32,000 nt of DNA from positions 2,181,127 through 2,213,126 of the forward strand of contig NC_004459.3 of NCBI RefSeq assembly GCF_000039765.1. Direction: 5' to 3'. Both the position numbers and the translations under genes were made by a program. Below, piece by piece: positions 1 to 8,864 of the stretch. The notes beneath the pieces were generated by a model that was given only the letters and a program-made list of their open reading frames with translations, had not been told where the DNA came from and did no database searches. Each line of letters opens with the position of its first letter. Position 1 is the stretch's first letter. Source of the DNA: Vibrio vulnificus CMCP6. GTDB taxonomy: Bacteria > Pseudomonadota > Gammaproteobacteria > Enterobacterales > Vibrionaceae.

Positions 1-1989
1 TATCACACGGAAAGTTGGTATTTATCGGTCGTCAATTTGCCAGAAAACAGCGTCGCTTGGTCAAACGTATACACCGACCCTTACACGCAAGTTCAGATGA
101 TCACTGCCTCTCAGCCTTATTTTATTGATGGTGAGTTTGCAGGTGTGGCAACCGTTGATATCTCACTAGAAACGCTTTTCGATTTCGTTAAAGGTCATAC
201 TGAGAAATATCAACTTGGTGTGTCAATTTCTGACCCTGGTGGTAAGTTGTTGCTTGAGCATGCTTTTCATCTCACACGCGATCGCTATATCAGTGAAATT
301 GAAGTGGCCGATATTGGTTGGCGTGTCCGCGTTATCAACTCGCAATTGACCGTGTCTGATGAAGTGTTTGGCCAAGTGATGAGGGTAGAAGCAGGTATTC
401 TTCCTTTCCTTCTGATTTGTGTTTTGGTGGGCTATTACACACTGAATCGATACGTGATTAAGCCCATCATCTCGATTGCGAAGAAAGTGGATGTGTCTAA
501 AACGGGCGGTATTATCGACATTCACTATGACAGTGAAGACGAAATCAAACACCTAATCGAAACCATCAATGAGAAAACCGTCTATTTGGAAGCCGAGAAA
601 GTCAAAGCCCAAGCCTCAACCAACGCTAAAACGGCCTTTTTGGCCACGCTCTCCCATGAAATTCGTACCCCGATGAACGGTGTGCTTGGTACGGCACAGA
701 TCTTACTAAAAACGCCATTAAACGAAGAACAACGTAAGCATCTCAAAACCCTCTATGATTCCGGTGATCACATGATGACGTTGCTCAACGAAATTCTCGA
801 TTACTCGAAAATAGAGCAGGGGCATATGGAGTTTGATAACAATCCTTTCCCATTTGACTCCATCATTGGCAGTGTTAACAGCGTTTACTACACCTTATGT
901 GCCGAGAAAGGCCTGCAGTTTAAAGTGTACACAACGGTACCAACGGGCCGCTGGTATTGCGCAGACAAAGCACGCCTGCGCCAAGTGTTATTCAATCTGC
1001 TCAATAACGCCGTGAAGTTTACCGCAAGAGGCTTGGTGGAAGTGTATTTTGAAGAGCACACAAGGGAGCAAGCCAACTATCTATCAATCAAAGTAAAAGA
1101 CACCGGCATCGGGATCCCTGAGTCGGCGCAAAAACGCATCTTCCGACCTTTTGAGCAGGCTGAATCGTCAACCACTCGCCGTTTTGGTGGTACAGGGCTT
1201 GGCCTCGCCATCGTCAAACAAATTGCTGAACAGATGGGCGGCAGTGTTGCTGTGTCTAGCCAAGTAGGATTAGGAACCTGTTTTACGGTTGAGCTGGCTT
1301 TGGAATGCACCTCACCAGAAACGGAGAGCCCTGAGCCAAGATACAAGCTCAACTATCAGGGGTTACGAGCACTGATTGTTGAAGATAACCGGACCAACGC
1401 CATCATCATCGAAACCTTCTTAAGGAATAAAGGCTTCAGCTGTGAACGTGTGGAGAATGGAGAGCAGGCGATAGCGTGCGTAACACAGCACCCGTTTGAT
1501 CTGATACTGATGGACAACCATATGCCCGTTATGGATGGTATTGAAGCGATTACCGCGATTCGTGCCATGGACTCACCTTGTCGACATACCTTGATTTTTG
1601 GCTGTACCGCCGACGTGTTTAAAGAAACCCGAGAGCGCATGTTAGGGGTAGGGGCGGATCATATTATCGCCAAGCCAATAGTAGAAGCCGAACTGGATGA
1701 TGCTTTATTCCAACACGCGAAACTTTTGTACCAGTTTCGAGCAGAAGATGTGCAAGCACAAGTTGAAGAGCAATCGATAGAATCACTTCTCGTCGGTTTC
1801 TATATCGCGATAGAAAACGGGGAACTTACTCAAGCGCACAACGCGATCAGCCAAATTCGCGGCCAGCACAAAGACGCGATCGAGCCTGCATTGGCACAAT
1901 CACTCGCCAGAATTGAACAGCAACTGAGCGAGAATAAACAACCAGATCAAGAAGAAATCAACCTGCTGACCGTGTTGTTGGCGGATTGA
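1..1989 (+). CDS. hybrid sensor histidine kinase / response regulator (5' end outside window)
   Basis: Frame 1 is open from nt 1 (YHTESWYLSVVN precedes the ORF-track start at 37), so the gene begins upstream of the window. It has a Cache-like N-terminus and a TM segment (ILPFLLICVLVGYY). Kinase motifs: H-box LATLSHEIRTPMNG and HATPase boxes NLLNNAVKFT, DTGIGI and GGTGLGLAIV. Receiver domain: LIVEDN...DLILMDNHMPVMDG. Stop TGA at 1987-1989. Confidence 0.9.
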   Translation, partial: YHTESWYLSVVNLPENSVAWSNVYTDPYTQVQMITASQPYFIDGEFAGVATVDISLETLFDFVKGHTEKYQLGVSISDPGGKLLLEHAFHLTRDRYISEIEVADIGWRVRVINSQLTVSDEVFGQVMRVEAGILPFLLICVLVGYYTLNRYVIKPIISIAKKVDVSKTGGIIDIHYDSEDEIKHLIETINEKTVYLEAEKVKAQASTNAKTAFLATLSHEIRTPMNGVLGTAQILLKTPLNEEQRKHLKTLYDSGDHMMTLLNEILDYSKIEQGHMEFDNNPFPFDSIIGSVNSVYYTLCAEKGLQFKVYTTVPTGRWYCADKARLRQVLFNLLNNAVKFTARGLVEVYFEEHTREQANYLSIKVKDTGIGIPESAQKRIFRPFEQAESSTTRRFGGTGLGLAIVKQIAEQMGGSVAVSSQVGLGTCFTVELALECTSPETESPEPRYKLNYQGLRALIVEDNRTNAIIIETFLRNKGFSCERVENGEQAIACVTQHPFDLILMDNHMPVMDGIEAITAIRAMDSPCRHTLIFGCTADVFKETRERMLGVGADHIIAKPIVEAELDDALFQHAKLLYQFRAEDVQAQVEEQSIESLLVGFYIAIENGELTQAHNAISQIRGQHKDAIEPALAQSLARIEQQLSENKQPDQEEINLLTVLLAD

Positions 1990-2016
1990 GTTATTTAATG
2001 TAGTTTAATTACGAAA

Positions 2017-2044
2017 TAAAGCCGCTGAAAAAGCGGCTTTATTC
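2017..2044 (+). terminator. rho-independent terminator after the sensor kinase
   Basis: Stem aaagccgc (2018-2025) pairs with gcggcttt (2033-2040) across a tgaaaaa loop, followed by a T-rich tail (tttattcattt). Confidence 0.7.
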
Positions 2045-2235
2045 ATTTCTGGCGAATTAAACTACATCTTGCGTTTAAATTGGTTATTAATTTACATCTT
2101 TCAATTAAAAATGGTGCCAAAAACTACAAATTATACTGCTCTAATAGCGCGATGAACTGCATGTGAGTTTGTTTGTTGGTTCATGATGTCGTTATTTTGC
2201 TAATTTTGCAGTTTTTAATTTTATAGAGGAAGAAA

Positions 2236-2685
2236 ATGAAATCTCGTGCGCCATTTTGTATCCGTCATGCGGCAGCTGATACTTTTGCTATGGTGGTTTT
2301 TTGCTTTATCTCAGGGATGATTATCGAGATTCTGATTTCTGGAATGACTTTCCAGCAATCTCTGGCATCAAGAACGTTATCTATTCCGGTTAACATCGCG
2401 ATCGCGTGGCCTTATGGTGTGTTTCGTGATTGGGTTCTTCGCCAAGGTGCGCGTGTATCGACCAGTGGACTGATGAAAAACGTATCCGATTTAGTGGCGT
2501 ATGTGCTTTTTCAATCACCAGTCTACGCCGGTATTTTGCTTGCGGTAGGCGCATCGACAGAGCAGATCATCACGGCAGTGACCAGCAATGCGATTATCTC
2601 TTGCGGTATGGGCGTTCTGTACGGCTACTTCCTAGATATGTGTCGCCGTTGGTTTAAGGTTCCTGGCTACTATCAGCAAGCATAA
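2236..2685 (+). CDS. alaE: L-alanine exporter AlaE
   Basis: 149 aa, the same length as E. coli AlaE (YgaW). Recalled identity blocks: [12 protein letters not shown], SGMxFxQS, IPVNIxIAWPYG, AYVxFQSPVYAxILL, YGYFLDxCRRxFKV. An RBS (agagga) lies upstream. Confidence 0.85.
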   Translation: MKSRAPFCIRHAAADTFAMVVFCFISGMIIEILISGMTFQQSLASRTLSIPVNIAIAWPYGVFRDWVLRQGARVSTSGLMKNVSDLVAYVLFQSPVYAGILLAVGASTEQIITAVTSNAIISCGMGVLYGYFLDMCRRWFKVPGYYQQA

Positions 2686-2760
2686 TTGCTGGTAGATTGC
2701 TCGATTTAGCCAATTACTAGCCAACTAAACTCCTCATGGCGCTTTTTTTTAAAACTGGGC

Positions 2761-2789
2761 TTGACCAATCCCAAGATAATCATTAAATT
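2761..2789 (+). promoter_or_regulatory. candidate sigma70 promoter for tRNA-Ser
   Basis: TTGACC (2761-2766), a 17-nt spacer, then TAAATT (2784-2789), followed by a GC-rich discriminator (gcgcctcg) typical of stable-RNA promoters. It lies about 40 nt upstream of the tRNA. Confidence 0.4.
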
Positions 2790-2829
2790 AGCGCCTCGTT
2801 GGCACGAGTTGCCACACAAAATTTGATTC

Positions 2830-2917
2830 GGTGAGTTGTCCGAGTGGCTGAAGGAGCACGCCTGGAAAGTGTGTGTACGGCAACGTACCGAGAGTTCGAA
2901 TCTCTCACTCACCGCCA
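2830..2917 (+). tRNA. tRNA-Ser (anticodon GGA), long variable arm, encoded CCA
   Basis: GGTGAGTTGTCCGAGTGGCTGAAGGAGCACGCCTGGAAAGTGTGTGTACGGCAACGTACCGAGAGTTCGAATCTCTCACTCACCGCCA. The acceptor stem GGTGAGT pairs with ACTCACC. The anticodon loop is CTGGAAA. The T-arm is GAGAGTTCGAATCTCTC. The long extra arm is that of a class II tRNA. Confidence 0.92.
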
Positions 2918-2953
2918 CATTCTTGAAGAAAGACGTCCTAGGACGTCTTTTTT
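2897..2953 (+). repeat. left copy of island-bounding direct repeat (tRNA 3' end plus terminator)
   Basis: The 39-nt core ccacattcttgaagaaagacGtcctaggaCgtctttttt (2915-2953) recurs at 11758-11796 with two substitutions. The upstream cgaatctctc (2897-2906) matches cgagtctctc (11745-11754). Confidence 0.85.
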
Positions 2954-2954
2954 T
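2928..2954 (+). terminator. tRNA-Ser terminator (inside left direct repeat)
   Basis: Stem aagacgtc (2930-2937), loop ctag, stem gacgtctt (2942-2949), with the T-run continuing to 2954. Confidence 0.75.
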
Positions 2955-3381
2955 ATGCCTGTAAATTTGTTAAATCAATGACTTTAATTCATTGAAAGTC
3001 CAATGAAGTTCGATACAAGTTATCAACGACGAACTAAGTTTAAGAAAATACTCACGTCACGTTTAGGTGCCTTAACCACTCATCAAATCCGTTTGGGAAC
3101 AACCGTTTTCTAGCAGTTTAGAAAGGCTTTGATGTGATCGATAAATATCCCACACTCTATTGCAGGCCGATCTTGCTATCAGGCTATTCTGAGAGCGCTG
3201 CCTTTATCATTTTTCGTCCTAGCCATGAGCACGGATAAATCTTCGCCAGATCAAGGTTATAGAAACTTGATCAACAGCAAATTTACTCCAACATGTGGAC
3301 ATAAATCACGAAAGTTCGATTAAAACACGGAGAATATTGAGTATTATGTAACTCTATGAACATCCATATGAGACATAACTG

Positions 3382-3951
3382 TTGAACTTAGCGAAAGCCC
3401 TTAGCATTCTTTCAAAATCTTCACCTTATGCGGTGAGCACTGAGAGAGAGCAAAATCAAGATCATCTGGCTGATTACAAGCGCTACATCTACATCCAGAC
3501 AGATATAGAAACGGATTTCAAAAAGGCACTCCTATCTGCCAAGCCCAATCAAATCATCTTCCTATGTGGAAGTAGTGGCGATGGTAAATCTGAGATTTTG
3601 ACGCAGTATAGCCAGAAGCACAAAGCGACTCATGATTTCCACTTGGATGCGACTCACAGCTTCAACCCAAGCCAGACGGCTATTCATACTCTCGATCATC
3701 GATTTTCCGAGTTCAAACAAAGCAATAAACCTCTCGTGGTTGGCATCAACGTGGGTATGCTCGGCAACTACACGGAAGAAGGGGCTGGAGAGCATATCGA
3801 TGTTAAGAATGCAGCTCGGAGTTTTCTCGCTCGCAATCGCTCTGAAATTCCAGAGCAGTATGTGTTTTTGGATTTTGAAGACTATCCGAAGTTTACATTT
3901 AGTAACGAGGGTAGTGCATCTGATTTTGCGGAGCAGTTTCTAAAAAACTGA
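3382..3951 (+). CDS. P-loop NTPase of unknown family, possibly truncated or decaying
   Basis: 189 aa from a TTG start, with a TAA stop two codons upstream (3376-3378). Walker A is FLCGSSGDGKSEIL and a possible Walker B is YVFLDFED. The ORF ends right after an A6 run (3942-3947). The +1 frame then reads LTAQTLDNPFYVL to a stop at 3987-3989, a possible frameshifted continuation. Confidence 0.45.
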   Translation: MNLAKALSILSKSSPYAVSTEREQNQDHLADYKRYIYIQTDIETDFKKALLSAKPNQIIFLCGSSGDGKSEILTQYSQKHKATHDFHLDATHSFNPSQTAIHTLDHRFSEFKQSNKPLVVGINVGMLGNYTEEGAGEHIDVKNAARSFLARNRSEIPEQYVFLDFEDYPKFTFSNEGSASDFAEQFLKN

Positions 3952-4137
3952 CAGCTCAGACGCTTGATAACCCGTTTTATGTGCTTTAAGTGCGTTCAAT
4001 CGTATTGTCCTAAAGCATGTTGATTTTGTGGTTTTTGAAAAAATACTGGAGGGATTTTTGGGCCTTGTTGCTCTTATTGATCAAGTAACGTGAAGCTAAA
4101 GATGAGTTGCAGCATCACTAGCCGCAACTCACTGTAC

Positions 4138-4995
4138 TTAAGTGTAATCAAAGTATGCTGTCAATTGATGAGCTTCTGGTTGCGCTCTAAGTAATTTTTC
4201 ATCTTGCGTCGATCCCATACGGCGAAGGAAGTAATGAACTAAAGCTCTTCGGGTTGTTATTTCCAACTTACTATCTTCCATAGCGTAGTCGTCTGCAACA
4301 ACCACTCGCTGTTGCTCAGATAAGTAAGGATTAGGTGTAATCGTTAACTTAACTTGATGGTTCCAACTGTCATCGTGCTCTCGTGTCTTTGATGACTTAT
4401 CCATTAAGTCAGGTTCGTTTCTAAAGCGACTTAATACAAAATCTCGAAACTCATGTTTTTCTTCACAATATGCTCTTACATGCCACCTTATTCCATCATA
4501 GACTAAGCTGTGAGGCGCAATAATTCTACCTCGAACTTCAGGGGTAGAGAGTGACACATAGTCAATGTCTACGCGAAGATTAGCCCTTGCTGCCGCAATT
4601 AATCCTCGAACGATGTTCGGTGATATAGTCCTTTCAGGGACGTTCAATATAGTCGATTGAGCTTCCCCCCAGTTAAAGAACTCAAAGGTTTCTTCTTGGT
4701 TATATTGTTGATGGAGCATCAGCAAGTACTCATGAGCAGTCCCTTGAGTAAACAAAGGCTTAAAGTTGTCTGCTGGCCTGTAGCCTTTAATTGTCCTATC
4801 GAGTATCAATTGACCTTGGTTAGTTAAGCTAATGTACTTGTTGATATCCCTAGAAGCTTGTTGTCTTCCTATGTGAAAAGCATCACATAGATGATTTGTC
4901 GTGAGTCGACCCTCCCAAAGAGCAATGATCTCAATTAGTCGAAATCGTACTTGTTGGTCCCATTTGATATCTGCTTGACTCATGTTCGTGCTCAT
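4138..4995 (-). CDS. WYL-domain transcriptional regulator (BrxR/CapW-like architecture)
   Basis: N-terminal wHTH (LTTNHLCDAFHIGRQQASRDINKY). Central WYL-type motif (YDGIRWHVRAYCEEKHEFRDFVLSRF). C-terminal extension. Likely start is the ATG at 4995 (MSTNMSQ) or 4983 (MSQ), not the ORF-track start at 5046. It is divergent from the 5202 operon. Confidence 0.8.
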   Translation of the reverse strand: MSTNMSQADIKWDQQVRFRLIEIIALWEGRLTTNHLCDAFHIGRQQASRDINKYISLTNQGQLILDRTIKGYRPADNFKPLFTQGTAHEYLLMLHQQYNQEETFEFFNWGEAQSTILNVPERTISPNIVRGLIAAARANLRVDIDYVSLSTPEVRGRIIAPHSLVYDGIRWHVRAYCEEKHEFRDFVLSRFRNEPDLMDKSSKTREHDDSWNHQVKLTITPNPYLSEQQRVVVADDYAMEDSKLEITTRRALVHYFLRRMGSTQDEKLLRAQPEAHQLTAYFDYT

Positions 4996-5001
4996 AAATG
5001 T

Positions 5002-5048
5002 TACATGTTGATGTATACAGTATATACATGTAGCAATAAAGTACATAT
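5002..5048. promoter_or_regulatory. cluster of TACAT/ATGTA inverted motifs, candidate operator in the divergent promoter region
   Basis: The region reads ttACATGttgATGTAtacagtataTACATGTAgcaataaagTACATat. It contains 7-bp arms atgtata/tatacat with a 5-nt spacer, and a perfect 8-bp palindrome tacatgta. It lies between the regulator start and the operon. Confidence 0.3.
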
Positions 5049-5201
5049 ATTTATTGTGGATATTGGGAGGAGCACTAAAAGTCAGGAATCTTTACTGTGT
5101 GAGAGTCGATGGTATTGAAAGCTGTAACCTGATTTAGTGGCCACAAATTCAAACTGGTTGATTTTCAATTAAGAAAAACAACAAAACTCGAGACAAATAC
5201 G

Positions 5202-8200
5202 ATGATGTATGCCGGATTGACCAAAGTTATTGCTATAAATTCTTATCAGAAAAACAAGATGTTTTCTGAGTATTCTTTTGATGCTCCCACTCAGATCACT
5301 GGCGGTAACGGAGAAGGCAAAACATCACTGTTAAGGCTCATTCCGTTCTTTTATGGAGCGACTGGCACGCAGATCGTCAGAAAATCGAATGTTAATAAGC
5401 CCTTTGCAGAATGGTATTTACCACACAACAATAGTTATATTGTTTTCGAGTACATTACTGCTCGTGGTCAAGTTGCTCATGTCATTTGTTATCGAAACCT
5501 TAGTACTAAAGGTGGAGTTGTTTACCTTTTCGTTAAAGGTCAGTTTGAGCAGTCAATGATCATTAAACAAGATAGCGAAGACAAGCCTTACGCTATCGGC
5601 TGTACAAAGCTGGCTGCGGAGCTGAATGCTAACGGCTTACATTACGAATCACGTATTACTAGCGTCAAAGAGTATCGCGAAATTATCCAAAACATTAATG
5701 CAGGGAATTTGAGCAATCAGTTCCTGAGCTACTCTTTGTGCTCTGGTCGTCATGATGTCCGTCACATTGAAAAAATCACAGCGGCGTTGATTCAAGGTGA
5801 ATTCAATATGGCCGACACAAAGGCGCTTTTCCTGGATATCCTCGAACAAGGGAATAGCACATTAGAGTTTGGTGTAGATGCAAACAGAATTGAACAATGG
5901 TGTGATGATTACAACGGCCTAACTGCGTTCCTAAACAAAAAAGAAGCGTTCATTGACGCTATTGCGAACAATAAGCAGATTGCTTATCTAACCAATCAGC
6001 TAGCAAGTGCCTTAATAACTATTCGTGACGTGTCTGAAAGCCTTGATGGATCTCTTAAGACAACCGAACTGAAGCGCTCAGATTTTCTTGAAAACAGTGA
6101 CAAGCAGATTGGCGAAATTAATCAAGATAAGCTTGATAAAGAGGTTCAAAAGAGTGCTCTTCAACGCTCTATCACAAGTATCAACTCTGAGATCGAAGTA
6201 CATCACAGCAAGCTTATAACATACGAAAACAGTGGTTATCCAGAGCTGTCCGTCAAGCTTAAGCAATTGCCAGAAATGGAAGACAGGGTGGCACAACAAA
6301 GACAAAGTTACGCCAATCTTGAAACTAAGGTAAATGATGCCAAAGCAAAGTATGAGAAAGACAAACAAAGCCTTGTTAGTAAGTTCAACAAAGAAAAGTC
6401 TGACCTAACAGAGCAAAAACTTGATGCCGAAAAAGAGTGCAAGGTTAAAAAAGACAAGATAGACGATGTATATCAGCCACAGTTAAAGGAACTGACCCAA
6501 ACCCATACGAGTTTTATAGCGGATAAATCTCAGGCTCTTATGGAACATAAGGCTGAACTCGCCACTCAAAAACAGCGACTAAAGAACCCAGATATTGATG
6601 AGCTTCTCATTGAGCAGAGAGAGCTGTTGGAGTCTGAGAAGGACAGATTACAAGAACAAGTAGACACGTTAAAACACAAGACAACTGTGAGTGAGAAGGA
6701 AGGAGTCAACTTACAAACTAAACGTGAAAAGTTACTCGAAAGATTAGAGGCCACTCGTCGAAATATGCGCGATGCCGAAGCTAGGTTAAAAGTAGTCAGT
6801 AACCGATTAGACCCAGATTCAGGAACCTTGTTCTCGTTCCTGGAGGCTAATCGACAGGGATGGCAAAGCTCTCCACTTGGTCGTGTTCTTACCGATGAGC
6901 TTTTGATGGACACGACACTCAAGCCTTCTATGACTGAAGATTCAGGTTCAATGTACGATTTATATATCGATACGAGCAACCTAGCCGATTGTAGTGTCAC
7001 CAACAAAGCTGATGTAGAAGAGCAGGCTCAATTGATGGATCTTATCGGTGAGCTTGAAGATGCAGAGGCCGATTTCAACAAGCACATTTCGAAAAATGAT
7101 TCTGCTATTAAGCAGTCAGCGCTTGAGTTGTCACGACTACGCAATGAGCTGCGAAACGCTGAGGGTGACCTAGCACAAACTAAGATTAACCTTAAAAACA
7201 AGAAAATAGAGATTGCCCGTGCAAAAGAGGGCTTAGTCGAAAAAATTAATATAAGCATCAAATCGATTGAGAAAGCTATAGCCCTGATTGAACAGGAAAT
7301 TTCAGTGACGCGTGAACGTTTTGAAGAAGCAAAATTAGAGTTAAACAACGACAGGCTTACTCAAATTAGCAATGTTGAATCATCACTTGATCTCACGATC
7401 GGAGCTATAGACGAACTACTGGAAAAAAGGACTCTGACATTAGGCGAGAACAAACAGCGCATCAAAACGGAGTATGAACAGCGGTTGAGTGATCAAGGTA
7501 TTAGTGGCGAAATCTATCAATGCTACAAAGAAGAAATCGAATTGCTTGATAATGAGATCAAAAACTTAAAAGAGAAGTCTCATAAAATCAAAGAATACGA
7601 GACATGGCTTGCTGTTTATGAAGTGGATGATCCTAAGAGACGTGACGATCGCAATACTAAGGTCAAAGAGCTTGAAACGGTGCATCAAGAGATTAAATCT
7701 TTTGACATTAAACTGAAAGAGTTGAGAGCTAAAGTTCATCGAACCAAAAAAGAGTTTGATGAGAAGCTCTCTATCTTGAGAAACCACAAACAGCGAGCTG
7801 ACAGTGCAATCTCTCGCCTAAGTAACTATGTGATGTTTGAGGGCGAAGAAGGCAGCCAAGAAGCGCTCGATTATAACGGCGATTTAAATTCACTATTGAG
7901 TGATGTAGAGAGCAAACTCCCAGAGTTAGAGAGACTTACTAAGCTACGTAAAAAAGATATACAACAGATGGAAACTATAACTCTCAACCTTGGTGGCGGG
8001 GAGCTGTATCGTTTCTGGAATGAAAGCAGCCGAAACACCATTTCAGAGGATATTGTTGCTAGTGACTCTAAGCGAATAGATATTCTAGAAATCATCATGA
8101 ATGACATTATTCCTCAAGTGACCAGCATAACAATTGAAAGCGCGGTCAACATGGGGCGTATGCTCGTTGACTTCAAGCATCGGTTACTTGGCTTCGACCG

Positions 8201-8864
8201 TGATATTAAAAAACTTGGTCGTAATATCTCTGAACAAGTAAAGCTCAATAACACGTTCTCTGTAGTTGGTTCTATTGACATTAACGTTGAGAGTTCGCTT
8301 TCCAAACTACAAGGTTGGCAAGATATTATTAACTTCTCTGAGATTTACGAAGAGTGGGATAAAACGGGATCTGCTGAGCTACCAACCAAAGAGTTTTTTA
8401 ATGCGTTAAGTACACTGACGTACCACATTAGTGCCGAGAAAGTTAAGAAGCCTACTGAACTGTTTGATATCAAATTTGAAGTCATCGAGAACAACCAGCG
8501 TAAAACGGCCAAAACAGATAAAGATATGCGTGATTTAGCCAGTAATGGCACGAACTTGCTTATTCAATCCATGTTGTATTTAGCGCTACTGACGCAGCAA
8601 CGTGGAGCAAGTCGACTATCAATAACTTACCCAACCGATGAGATTGGTAAGCTGACGGCAGAAAACCAAGCCAAACTGCTCAAAATGATGGGGGCACACA
8701 ACTTCAATGTTATCGCGGCTCAACCCGATGGCAATAATCGTACAGCTAATTTATTCAAGTACCTGTACCACTTAACGCCTTACAAGAACATTTTCAATAA
8801 ACCTAAAGTTAGCAAACTCGCGTTAGCCAAAGCCGCTGAAACTAGCACAGGAGTAGAAGCATGA
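5202..8864 (+). CDS. SMC/MukB-like coiled-coil ABC ATPase (JetC/MksB-like)
   Basis: 1220 aa. Walker A is GGNGEGKT (aa 34-41, nt 5301-5324). Two long K/E/Q/L-rich arms (about aa 270-535 and 610-1000) flank a central non-coiled segment (about aa 537-605, nt 6810-7016). The C-terminal head has ASNGT in the signature position (nt 8541 onward), followed about 30 aa later by Walker B ITYPTDE (D1146/E1147, nt 8637-8642). Confidence 0.8.
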   Translation: MMYAGLTKVIAINSYQKNKMFSEYSFDAPTQITGGNGEGKTSLLRLIPFFYGATGTQIVRKSNVNKPFAEWYLPHNNSYIVFEYITARGQVAHVICYRNLSTKGGVVYLFVKGQFEQSMIIKQDSEDKPYAIGCTKLAAELNANGLHYESRITSVKEYREIIQNINAGNLSNQFLSYSLCSGRHDVRHIEKITAALIQGEFNMADTKALFLDILEQGNSTLEFGVDANRIEQWCDDYNGLTAFLNKKEAFIDAIANNKQIAYLTNQLASALITIRDVSESLDGSLKTTELKRSDFLENSDKQIGEINQDKLDKEVQKSALQRSITSINSEIEVHHSKLITYENSGYPELSVKLKQLPEMEDRVAQQRQSYANLETKVNDAKAKYEKDKQSLVSKFNKEKSDLTEQKLDAEKECKVKKDKIDDVYQPQLKELTQTHTSFIADKSQALMEHKAELATQKQRLKNPDIDELLIEQRELLESEKDRLQEQVDTLKHKTTVSEKEGVNLQTKREKLLERLEATRRNMRDAEARLKVVSNRLDPDSGTLFSFLEANRQGWQSSPLGRVLTDELLMDTTLKPSMTEDSGSMYDLYIDTSNLADCSVTNKADVEEQAQLMDLIGELEDAEADFNKHISKNDSAIKQSALELSRLRNELRNAEGDLAQTKINLKNKKIEIARAKEGLVEKINISIKSIEKAIALIEQEISVTRERFEEAKLELNNDRLTQISNVESSLDLTIGAIDELLEKRTLTLGENKQRIKTEYEQRLSDQGISGEIYQCYKEEIELLDNEIKNLKEKSHKIKEYETWLAVYEVDDPKRRDDRNTKVKELETVHQEIKSFDIKLKELRAKVHRTKKEFDEKLSILRNHKQRADSAISRLSNYVMFEGEEGSQEALDYNGDLNSLLSDVESKLPELERLTKLRKKDIQQMETITLNLGGGELYRFWNESSRNTISEDIVASDSKRIDILEIIMNDIIPQVTSITIESAVNMGRMLVDFKHRLLGFDRDIKKLGRNISEQVKLNNTFSVVGSIDINVESSLSKLQGWQDIINFSEIYEEWDKTGSAELPTKEFFNALSTLTYHISAEKVKKPTELFDIKFEVIENNQRKTAKTDKDMRDLASNGTNLLIQSMLYLALLTQQRGASRLSITYPTDEIGKLTAENQAKLLKMMGAHNFNVIAAQPDGNNRTANLFKYLYHLTPYKNIFNKPKVSKLALAKAAETSTGVEA

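Noticed and set aside
2706-2918. 70-aa minus-strand ORF
   Set aside because: It overlaps the tRNA-Ser gene and its promoter, so it is spurious.
2955-3381. Degraded integrase gene next to the tRNA
   Set aside because: I translated parts of both strands by eye and found only short stop-interrupted stretches, with no convincing tyrosine-recombinase motifs (no clear HxxR or catalytic Tyr context). A TBLASTX search is needed, and I make no claim.
6566-7348. Antisense ORFs of 146 and 106 aa (and others at 6078-6368 and 7566-8551) inside the SMC-like gene
   Set aside because: The sense strand is rich in GAA/AAA/AAG/CTT codons, and the complement of such sequence rarely produces stop codons. The sense frame runs 1220 codons with recognisable ATPase motifs.
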